Assembly: GCA_003133025.1 (NCBI GenBank) | Contig: PKZK01000175.1 | Span: forward strand, 16,630 to 34,113 | DNA: 17,484 nucleotides | From: Vulcanimicrobiota bacterium | GTDB lineage: Bacteria > Vulcanimicrobiota > Vulcanimicrobiia > Vulcanimicrobiales > Vulcanimicrobiaceae | Reading direction: 5' to 3' | In this document: one piece after another, positions 1 through 8,100 of the stretch | How positions within the stretch are numbered: the stretch's first letter is position 1 | Layout of the letters: each line of letters opens with the position of its first letter | Made by a program: the position numbers and the translations under genes | Notes under the pieces: model-generated | Seen by the model: the letters and a program-made list of their open reading frames with translations, nothing else | Database searches by the model: none | What the model was told of the DNA's origin: nothing

Positions 1-830
1 ACCGGGTCGACGATGCCGTTGATGAGGACCTTGTCGCCCTTCTTGGTGAGTTCGCCGACGCCGAAGCCTTCCGACGTGTCGCCGTCAACGTAAATCTTGT
101 TGCCGAAGGCCTGCACGTAGTAGACATACTCGAAGTCGGGAAGGGTGTACGTCTTCGTGGCGCTACCGCCGCTTGCGACGGTAGCGGCGTCGAAAAAGTC
201 GACGTTCGAGGATGGGAAGTCGCTCGCATAGATGTCGCCTTTGGCGTCGTAGGTTATTCCGTCGGGGAAACCCGATGAGAGGGTGAGGGTCACGTTGTTG
301 GCGGTCGCGCCGTCGGACGTCACCGTGTAGGTGTTGATCTCGCCGCCGTCGGTGCTGGGGTTGATTGTACCGGCTGCGAGCTGGCCCTTTACATTCGTCG
401 CGATCCCACCACCGCCGGCGCCGGTCACCGTACCGATAACGTCGCCGGTCGCGGTACTGTAAACGTAGATGTCCTCGGTAGTTCCGTCGCTAACGAAGAG
501 TAGCGTGCTATTTGGTTTCGTCTTCTTGAAAGGGTAGAAGTGCCGGCGCGAAGCGCGGATAGCGTTCTTGTTCAGTTCGACCATCAGGTTGGACTTCGCC
601 GACAGGAAGGGTTTGCCGTATGACCCCGCGGTTCGCGAATCCGAGTTTATCCTGGCGATCAGTGCATTACGGCCGGCGCCGCCAAACTTCGAGGCTAAGC
701 TTGCCTGATGGGAGGCCGAGTCAGCTCCGATATTTCCGGAGGGTGAGAGTTGCGATCCGCCCGAGCAGCCCGCCAGCAAACCGACGAGTGCGGTTGCGGC
801 GAGCGCGCGGTACGCCATGACTGAGGGCAT
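1..830 (-). CDS. Secreted lipoprotein, probable NHL/SMP-30-like beta-propeller, copy A (3' end lies beyond the left edge); paralog of 1011..2171
   Basis: Not in the ORF track because there is no stop in the window. Manual translation from ATG 830: MPSVMAYRALAATALVGLLAGCSGGSQLSPSGNIG...LLFVSDGTTEDIYVYS...GITYDAKGDIYASDFP...GELTKKGDKVLINGIVDP. It has a lipobox LAGC and an RBS AAGGAG upstream. It is collinear with 1011..2171 at a constant 1341-nt offset, with about 80% aa identity by manual count. Confidence 0.9.
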   Translation of the reverse strand, partial: MPSVMAYRALAATALVGLLAGCSGGSQLSPSGNIGADSASHQASLASKFGGAGRNALIARINSDSRTAGSYGKPFLSAKSNLMVELNKNAIRASRRHFYPFKKTKPNSTLLFVSDGTTEDIYVYSTATGDVIGTVTGAGGGGIATNVKGQLAAGTINPSTDGGEINTYTVTSDGATANNVTLTLSSGFPDGITYDAKGDIYASDFPSSNVDFFDAATVASGGSATKTYTLPDFEYVYYVQAFGNKIYVDGDTSEGFGVGELTKKGDKVLINGIVDP

Positions 831-948
831 GCGGGTGCTCCTTAGGAGAGGCGATATTAGAAAAACATTAGACGACCTGAGTTCGACTCCTGTGCAAGCG
901 CCCCCGTAAAACGGACTATCGAGCCGCATCGCATCTGAGAAATAAGGA

Positions 949-976
949 AGGGGTGGGCGCCGTAGCGCCCACCCCT
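949..976 (-). terminator. Probable intrinsic terminator downstream of the 1011..2171 gene
   Basis: Perfect 12-bp stem AGGGGTGGGCGC/GCGCCCACCCCT. On the minus strand the loop is a C(UACG)G UNCG tetraloop followed by a pyrimidine-rich, imperfect U tail (TCCTTATTTC). It lies about 35 nt past the stop at 1011. Confidence 0.8.
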
Positions 977-1010
977 CTTTGCCAAACCGCTCGGTTAGGC
1001 GAAGTGGATC

Positions 1011-2171
1011 CTACTTGCCCGGGAGGTAGGTTGCGGCCGAGATCGGCTCTTCGCCGGCGCTCTGCCACTGGGTGCCTTCCGAGAGGCTCGGGTAGCTGAA
1101 CGGAATCGGGTAGCCGACCAGCGACGAACCGCCGAAGTTGATGTCGACGCCGTAGACGTTCTCCTGGAGAAGGTCCAGAGCGATACCGGTGACATCGTTC
1201 GGGTCGAAGCCCCACTCCGTGATCGCCGACGGGCCGCCCGTGTACGGCTTGGCGTACGTGGAGATCGAACCGTACTGGTTGTTCACGATGATGTTATGCT
1301 TCGAGTCGATCGCGAGACCGCCAGGGAAGCCAGCATCTTCGACCGGGTCGACGATGCCGTTGATGAGGACCTTGTCGCCCTTCTTGGTGAGTTCGCCGAC
1401 GCCGAAGCCATCCGCCGTGTCGCCGTCAACGTAGATCGTGTTGCCGAACGCCTGCACGTAGTACACGTACTCGAAGTCGGGCAGGGTGTAGGTCTTCGTC
1501 GGGCCGCCGCCGCTGCTGACGGTCGAGGCGCTGAAGAAGTCCACGTTCGACGACGGGAAGTCGCTGGCGTAGATATCACCCTTCTTGTCGTAGGTGATGC
1601 CGTCGGGGAAGCCCGACGAGATCGACAGGGTCACGCCGTTGGAGGTCGCGCCGTCGGACGTCACCGTGTAGGTGTTGATCAAGCCTTCGCCGGTGCTCGG
1701 GTCGAGCGTACCGATTGCGAGCTGGCCCGACGAGTTCGTCGCGAGGCCGGCAAAGCCGACGCCCGACAGGGTGCCCACGACTTCGCCAGTCGAGGTGCTG
1801 TACACGTACACGTCTTCCGTGCCTTCATCGTTGACGAACAACAGCGTGCTGTTGGGCTTCGTCTTCTTGAAGGGATAGAATTTCTGACGCGAGGCGATGA
1901 TGCTCTTGTGGTTCAGTTCCGCCAAGAGGTTCGACTTCGCCGACAGGAACGGCTTGCCGTACGAACCGGCAGTACGCGAGTCCGAGTTGAGCTTCGCGAT
2001 CGCGGCGTTACGGCCGGTGCCGCTGAACTTCGAGGCAACGCCTACTTGGTGCGAAGCCGACTGCGCTCCGAGATTTCCCGAGGGCGCGAGTTGCGATCCG
2101 CCTGAGCAGCCTGCCAGCAATCCGACGAGTGCGGTTGCTGCAAGTGCGCGGTACGCATTGGTAATGGGCAT
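1011..2171 (-). CDS. Secreted lipoprotein, probable NHL/SMP-30-like beta-propeller, copy B (386 aa)
   Basis: Signal peptide with lipobox LAGC. Blade-like motifs: LLFVND..DVYVY, GLATNSSGQLAI, GITYDKKGDIYASD, GGLAIDSKHNIIVNN, GIALD..NVYGVD. RBS AAGGGAG upstream and high GC at third codon positions. Confidence 0.88.
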   Translation of the reverse strand: MPITNAYRALAATALVGLLAGCSGGSQLAPSGNLGAQSASHQVGVASKFSGTGRNAAIAKLNSDSRTAGSYGKPFLSAKSNLLAELNHKSIIASRQKFYPFKKTKPNSTLLFVNDEGTEDVYVYSTSTGEVVGTLSGVGFAGLATNSSGQLAIGTLDPSTGEGLINTYTVTSDGATSNGVTLSISSGFPDGITYDKKGDIYASDFPSSNVDFFSASTVSSGGGPTKTYTLPDFEYVYYVQAFGNTIYVDGDTADGFGVGELTKKGDKVLINGIVDPVEDAGFPGGLAIDSKHNIIVNNQYGSISTYAKPYTGGPSAITEWGFDPNDVTGIALDLLQENVYGVDINFGGSSLVGYPIPFSYPSLSEGTQWQSAGEEPISAATYLPGK

Positions 2172-2235
2172 GCGGTACTCCCTTGCAAGGTTTGAGAGTC
2201 GAGTAGTAATGAAGCCGATGTCCCTTAGGGTTAAG

Positions 2236-2322
2236 GTGCGCCGGCTGCTGGGGGTAACCAGTGGGTGGGGATCACCGTCCCGAGGGACGGCGACTTGGGA
2301 CCGGCAGCACGAGTGCTCACCG
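2236..2322 (-). promoter_or_regulatory. Candidate structured 5' leader upstream of the lipoprotein pair (unassigned)
   Basis: Two hairpins with CUCG loops (2271-2294 and 2302-2322) whose G-U pairs work only on the minus strand, plus a competing helix 2236-2244/2301-2310. I recognise no known RNA family. Confidence 0.3.
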
Positions 2323-2339
2323 TTTCCTAATCTCCAGTT

Positions 2340-2355
2340 TGTGACCTCAGCGACA
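2340..2355. promoter_or_regulatory. Possible CRP/FNR-family operator-like palindrome
   Basis: TGTGA-CCTCAG-CGACA versus the CRP consensus TGTGA-N6-TCACA: one perfect half-site and one 3/5 match, flanked by TT and AAA, in a divergent intergenic region. Confidence 0.2.
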
Positions 2356-2452
2356 AAAGCCCTTCTGTCTTCCCGGAGAATTTTCGGTGGCGCGACCTTC
2401 TCCTGAGGACTTCCCGGAAGGGGGCGTGCCCTGCATACCTCAAGCTAGGCGA

Positions 2453-3781
2453 ATGGTCCCATGCCCTCTGTTCCGCGGGCGTTTGAGCCGGTCTTCGTGC
2501 GGTCGGCTCGTGGCCTGCACTGCCGCGTGCTCGAGTTTGATGGTTGCCCTCTGTTCCAGCCCGAGCGGCGCGGCCGAAAGCCTCAAGACCAAACCGACGC
2601 CGATCCAACACGTCGTCGTCATCGTCCAGGAGAACCGTAGCTTCAATAGCCTCTTCAACGGCTACCCGGGCGCTGTTACCGTTACCGAAGGGCTGGATTC
2701 GACCGGCCATACGGTGGTGCTCAGCCAGGTGGGACTGGCCGATACGGCCGCAATCGGTCACGGTTCGGCAGATTTTCTTTCCGCCTGGGACAATGGCAAA
2801 ATGGATGGCTTCGACCTCGAGGAGGGCGCCGGACCGCCGGGCTACGGTTCGTACGAGTACGTCCCTAAGCGTGAGGTCGCGCCCTATTGGGCGATGGCGG
2901 CCCAATACGCTCTCAACGACAACACCTTTTCGTCGCAGTTAGACGATAGCTTCGAAGCTCATCAGTACCTTATCGCGGCGCAGGCGCAGAGTTCCGTCGA
3001 CTCTCCGATCCGTCAGTGGGGCTGTTCCGACGATCCGAGTGACATCGTGAACACGTTGACGCAGCAACGCACGTATGGTCCGGTCCAAGCGCCTTGCTTC
3101 GACTATACGACGCTCGCCGACGAACTCGATGCAAAGTATCTCACCTGGCGGTTCTACGCGCCTGCGATCCGAGATGAGGGCATTTGGTCGGCATATCAGG
3201 CCATCAACCACATCTATCAGGGCGGAAACGGGGCCCAATGGCTAGCCAATGTCATATCGCCTGAGACAGGCGTGCTCACCCTCGCTCCAAACGGCATTCT
3301 GCCCAGCGTGACCTGGGTCGTCCCGGACTGGGCGAACTCGGACCATCCGGGAAACTCGAGCGCGACCGGACCATCGTGGGTGACCTCCGTCGTCAACACG
3401 ATCGGCGAGAGCAGCTACTGGAGCAGTACGGTGATCTTCGTTCTTTGGGACGACTGGGGCGGTGCCTACGACCCGGTGCCGCCTCCGCAACTCGATTATG
3501 ACGGGCTAGGAATTAGGATCCCTCTGCTGTGTATTTCACCCTACGCAGTCAAGGGGCGAGTCATGCACCAACAGTTGGAAACGGCGAGCATACCCCGCTT
3601 CATCGAAGACAACTTCGGGTTACCGCAGATGGCGGCTAGCGATAGGCGGGCACGTTCGGCCGGCGCGGGGTGTCTCGACTTCAAGCAAACCCCGCGAGCC
3701 TTCGTGCCGATCTCGGCAGACTATCCTGCGGCGCACTTCATTCAAGAGCGTCCTTCGGGCACGGCGCCCGACGACGACTGA
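2453..3781 (+). CDS. Phosphoesterase family protein (phospholipase C / acid phosphatase AcpA-like), copy 1
   Basis: Family motifs IQHVVVIVQENRSF, DNGKMDGF, YW.MA.QYAL.D..F, SDHP, WDDWGG.YD.V.PP and G.RIPLL.ISPYA. The start is uncertain: the ORF opens at GTG 2387, with alternatives GTG 2426, ATG 2453 and ATG 2540. The hydrophobic N-terminus suggests export. Confidence 0.9.
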   Translation: MVPCPLFRGRLSRSSCGRLVACTAACSSLMVALCSSPSGAAESLKTKPTPIQHVVVIVQENRSFNSLFNGYPGAVTVTEGLDSTGHTVVLSQVGLADTAAIGHGSADFLSAWDNGKMDGFDLEEGAGPPGYGSYEYVPKREVAPYWAMAAQYALNDNTFSSQLDDSFEAHQYLIAAQAQSSVDSPIRQWGCSDDPSDIVNTLTQQRTYGPVQAPCFDYTTLADELDAKYLTWRFYAPAIRDEGIWSAYQAINHIYQGGNGAQWLANVISPETGVLTLAPNGILPSVTWVVPDWANSDHPGNSSATGPSWVTSVVNTIGESSYWSSTVIFVLWDDWGGAYDPVPPPQLDYDGLGIRIPLLCISPYAVKGRVMHQQLETASIPRFIEDNFGLPQMAASDRRARSAGAGCLDFKQTPRAFVPISADYPAAHFIQERPSGTAPDDD

Positions 3782-3784
3782 CGT

Positions 3785-5050
3785 ATGATTTCGGGAATCG
3801 TTTTCGCGCTAGCGGCAAATCTCGGGCCGGCCCTTGCCCTCCCGGCTTCGCGAAAGTCGGGGCCGATCCAACACGTCGTCATCATCGTTCAGGAGAATCG
3901 CAGCTTCAATAGCCTCTTTAACGGTTTTCCGAAAGCCAGGACGGTCACCCGGGGCCTGGACTCGACGGGCAATGAGATCCCGCTGGCGCAGGTGGGGATT
4001 GCGGACACGATCGACGTCCAGCACTCCTCCCATGCGTTTTTCTCCGCGTGGGACAATGGAAAGATGGATGGCTTCGATCTCGAGAGCGGTGGGGGGCCGC
4101 CCGGCTATGCCGCCTACCAGTACGTGCCCGAATCGGACGTGGCGCCCTACTGGTCCATGGCGAGCCAATATGCGCTGGCTGACAACATGTTCACATCGCA
4201 GCTCGACGACAGCTTCGAAGCGCACCAGTACCTTATCGCGGGCCAGGCCCAAAGCTCGGTCGACACGCCGACGCGTTTGCCTTGGGGCTGCAGCCAAAAT
4301 CTCGAAGACGTAGTCGAGACCTTGACCCAGCAGCGCGCGTACGGTCCAACGCAGTATCCCTGTTTCGACTACACGACGCTGGCCGACGAGCTCGACGCGA
4401 AGAATCTGACTTGGCGTTTCTATGCGCCGCAGGTCAACGTCGAAGGCGGGTTCTGGTCTGCATATCAGGCCATCAATCACATTTACCAAGGCGGGAATGG
4501 GCCGCAATGGTTGGCCGATGTGGTCTCGCCCGAGACGGGCGTGCTCACCTTCGCTCCCGACGGCGTGCTGCCCAACGTGACCTGGGTCGTGCCCGATTAC
4601 GCCAATTCGGACCATCCGGGCAACGACAGCAATACCGGGCCGTCGTGGGTGACGTCGGTCGTCAACGCAATCGGCGAGAGCCAGTATTGGAACAGCACGG
4701 CGATCTTCGTGCTGTGGGACGATTGGGGCGGTGCGTACGATCCGGTCGCGCCGCCGCAACTCGATTACGACGGTCTCGGCATCCGCGTTCCGCTCCTCTG
4801 CATTTCACCCTACGCCGTGAAGGGCCGCGTTCTCCACGACCAGTTCGAGACGGCCAGCATCCTGCGCTACGTGGAGGACAACTTCAAGCTCCGGCACATG
4901 GCCGCCAGCGACACACGCGCACGCTCTGCCGGCGATGGCTGTCTGAACCTGAAGCAGGCACCGCGTGCGTTTACGCCGATCAGCTCCGAGTACGGTAAGG
5001 CGTTCTTTCTGCGTCAACGCCCTTCGTGGACCGCACCCGACGACGACTAG
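3785..5050 (+). CDS. Phosphoesterase family protein (phospholipase C / acid phosphatase AcpA-like), copy 2 (421 aa)
   Basis: Same motif set as copy 1. It starts 3 nt after the copy 1 stop and has a short hydrophobic leader (MISGIVFALAANLGPALA) and the same APDDD C-terminus. Confidence 0.92.
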   Translation: MISGIVFALAANLGPALALPASRKSGPIQHVVIIVQENRSFNSLFNGFPKARTVTRGLDSTGNEIPLAQVGIADTIDVQHSSHAFFSAWDNGKMDGFDLESGGGPPGYAAYQYVPESDVAPYWSMASQYALADNMFTSQLDDSFEAHQYLIAGQAQSSVDTPTRLPWGCSQNLEDVVETLTQQRAYGPTQYPCFDYTTLADELDAKNLTWRFYAPQVNVEGGFWSAYQAINHIYQGGNGPQWLADVVSPETGVLTFAPDGVLPNVTWVVPDYANSDHPGNDSNTGPSWVTSVVNAIGESQYWNSTAIFVLWDDWGGAYDPVAPPQLDYDGLGIRVPLLCISPYAVKGRVLHDQFETASILRYVEDNFKLRHMAASDTRARSAGDGCLNLKQAPRAFTPISSEYGKAFFLRQRPSWTAPDDD

Positions 5051-5189
5051 CGGCTGGTCGTGCCGTTCGCGTTGAGTTCGAGCGTCCAGGCACGCCGGCG
5101 AGCCACAGGTCGTCGGTGACCGGCGGGTCCGCGGCGGGCACGAGGTGCGAGAGTACGAGCGACGTGGGGCATGCGCGCGCTTTCGTCAT
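5047..5189 (-). pseudogene. Possible frameshifted or internally deleted gene remnant downstream of the large TBDR-like gene
   Basis: ATG at 5189 overlaps the TBDR stop (ATGA). Coding-like high-GC3 codons (MTKARACPTSLVLSHLVPAADPPVTDDLWLAGV) switch frame near 5090 to WTLELNANGTTSR-TAG, and that stop overlaps the phosphoesterase stop in CTAG. Confidence 0.3.
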
Positions 5190-8100
5190 TGGCCGCCCTT
5201 CAGGCTGCCGCCGCCTTGCGGCAGTTGCAGTGCCTCGACGAACGTGATGCCGATGCCGGGCACGTAGAGCAAACCCGGACGGCCGCCCTCGAGCACGATG
5301 CCCTTCGCCTTCGCATCCGTCTGCGAGAGAATCGTGATGTACGCGCAGCCCACGAAACCACGGAACGCCTTGAGCGCGGGCGAGTTGAGGAAGGCCTGAC
5401 GCGCCGCCTCTTGCGCCGGCGTGCGCTGCTGTTGCGGTTGGGACGAGCCCGTGACGTCGCCGCCCGGCGGTGGACCGCCTTCGGGCGGGCCCCCACCCGG
5501 TGGACCTCCGCCGGGACCACCCGGACCGCCGCCCGGGAAACCGCCGCCTCCGGGGAATCCACCACCGCCCCGGCGACCGCCGCCGTTCCCGTTTTGTTGC
5601 GCGCCGGGCGGCCTCGGGAAGTTGGGGCGCAACTCTAAGAAGTAGGGCACCGACGAACCCGCGGCGGTCTTGCGAGCGGCGATCGTCAGGTTCGGCACGT
5701 CGACGGGCTTCGTGCCCTTCTCGTACGCCGCAGCGTATGCGCGGATGCCGTCGAAGAGCGGCTTGGCTGCGGTCTGCGCGTCGGCCGTGCACGAGTCTCG
5801 CGTCGTCGCGAGTGCGAGCGGATCGGTGCCCGCCGGCGGCGGATTCGAGGTGAAGCGCTGCTGGCGCTGCGGCGCGCCGCTCGCCGTGGGCGCCGGGTTC
5901 GTCTGCGCCTGCGGCGCCTGCGCGGTTTGCCCAAAGCGATTGGCGCCGCCCCCGCCGCGCTGGAATTGCCGGAACGCCGGACCCGGCGCGGGGCCGCCGA
6001 TGGCGGCCGAATAGCTCAGGAAAAGCGTGCGCGGCGTGAGCGGCGTCCCGGCATTGCGGAAGAAGCCGCCGTTGGAAAGCGCCTGCGGTTGACCCGTCGC
6101 GTCGATCGCGAATTCGCCCGCGTACGTATTGAAGGCGTTGTTTTCGAAGAGGGTGACTTGACCGGGCCCGAGCGCGTGCGAAACGCCGAAGCTGACGCTC
6201 ACGTACGGTCCGAGATTCTGTTGATTGTTGGAGCCGACGTATTGCGCGTTGGCCAGAAACTCGAGACCGGCGCTGGGCAAGAGAGCATCGATCGAAACGT
6301 TGCCCCGGTGGATCGGACGGTTCGGCAGCTGCGCGCCGACGATGGTGGTCGACGGGCCGTCTTCGAGGCGCCCGCCCGCGGCTTCGAGCGTTGCCAGGTT
6401 GATCGAATACGAGGGCAACAGCGCGATGTAGGGTGAGAGTTCGAAGCGGCCGTTGAGGTCGACGCCTTGATAGAGCCGTCGCGTCCCGGCGACGCTCTCA
6501 CTGACGTAGACGGCCGGCGCGGGCGCGTTGACGCCGCAGACCGACGGCGCGCGATAGGCTGCATCGAGCGCTGCGAGATAGCCGGGGCCCGCCGCGTCGA
6601 AATAGGCCGTGGGCTCTTCGATGTTGGCGTTGATCAACTGCCCCGACTGCAACTGCGAGAAGGCGTTTACCGAGAAGGTCGCGCCGCCGTTGAACGTGTG
6701 CGCCCAAGCCGCGTTGAACGATGTGGCCGATTGCTTCTGGCCGTCGCCCGTGTCGCCCGGCCCGCTCACGAGCGCCGTGTCGGCACCGCAATTGAAACGC
6801 GCGGAGACGGGATCGGAAAACGATCTGACGGCGCTGAGATTCGGCTGCGAACTGCCCACGTTGACCGAGACGGAATACGCGTCGTGCAGTTTGGGCGTCC
6901 AGGCGGCGCCCATGCCGGCGAGAAACGAGCCGCCGACGCCGCTCGTGTCGGCGAACGAAATCGAGGGCGTCAGCGTGAGTTGCTCGTTCGACTTGATCGC
7001 GTCGTTGAATTGATAGCGCGAGGATGACGCGGCGTTGGTGTAGGCGGTGACGTACTGCGAGCCGACGATCGGCGTGTTGGTGTTGATGGCTGCGTAGGTG
7101 TTGCCCACGATGCTGATCGTGTGCCGCGCTTCGGCGATCGAGGCGCTGTAGGCCACGCCGCGCGTCACGGTGTTGCTCAGCGATTCCGAGGGATCCAGGG
7201 TGGGCGCGTACGAGGACGGATCGTTGGGGTTGCCGTTGCCGGCGGAGAGGACGTAGCGGTTGAGGTCGTCGGTCGTTTGATTGCCGGAGTTGGCGTAGGC
7301 TGAGAAGTTGGTCTGGACGTTACCGATCAGCGACTGTACGGTGCCGTAGGCCAGCGCGTAGCGTCCGAAGTTGAGGTTGTTCGGTCCGATGCCGCAAGGC
7401 AACACGGTCACGTCTTGCGCGCAGATCGCGTAGGCTAGCCGGTTCGTATCGAGGGCCGAGGCGGTGACGGTGGTGCGGTCGTCGCCGAGGCGATAGCGCA
7501 ACTTGACCAGATCGCTCTCGCTGACCGAGTCGCCGCCGTGCGCGTAGTCGATGCCGCTTTGATCCTCGTACTCTTGAAAGGTCAACGGGCTATTCGAGCC
7601 GCGCCACGTGTGCTGCACGACGAAGCCCAGGTTGTCGACCGAGCCCGTGGCCGCGAACGAGTAATTCGAACGATCGTAGGTGCCGCTCGTGCCGCTCGCG
7701 CGGATTTGCAGCGACTGCGTCGGCTGTAGCGTCGAGAAGTTGACGCCGCCGGCGAGGCCGCCCGCGGTGGGCGAGAAGCTGACCGACGAGCCGGAGAAGA
7801 GGTCGGTGCCGATGCCGCGCAGGTTGCCCGCGGCGCCGGGAGCGGAAAGCGGGATGCCGTCGAGCGTGAGGGCGGTCTGCGATTCGTCCTGGTTGTGCAG
7901 CGAGATCTGCACCGGACTGTTCGGATCGGTTGCGTCGCTCGTGACCGAGACGCCGGCGAGCTTGTCGAGCGCATCGGTCAACGAGTCGGAGAGCCGCCGA
8001 ATCGGGCTGTCGGCGTTGATGTCGGTGGTGGTGATGGAGACTTTGGCCCGCGCGGAGACGACGGCGATCGTCTTCAGATTTCCGGTACCGGAGTCTGCGG

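Noticed and set aside
876..893. tRNA T-arm-like GAGTTCGACTC
   Set aside because: There is no proper 5-bp T stem, acceptor stem or cloverleaf around it.
2250..2299. Possible plus-strand G-quadruplex (five G-tracts)
   Set aside because: The loops are long, strong Watson-Crick hairpins compete, and such tracts are common in GC-rich DNA.
2245..2310. Resemblance to the c-di-AMP (ydaO) or c-di-GMP-I riboswitch (GGGGGTAACCA...GGGTGGGGATC...CCGGCAGC)
   Set aside because: The conserved GAAUCC/GAAA 5' part and CAGCUAAC 3' part of ydaO, and the GCAAA/GAAA elements of c-di-GMP-I, are missing. It is kept only as an unassigned structured element.
1..5050. Diversity-generating retroelement (TR/VR) explanation for the two paralog pairs
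   Set aside because: Differences are not adenine-specific, whole genes are duplicated, and no reverse transcriptase is present in the window.
5110..5150. Similarity of SHLVPAADPPVTDDLW to the SpoIIE/PP2C motif (Y.PA...VGGD.Y)
   Set aside because: It is too short and lacks the GGD core, so no family call is supportable.
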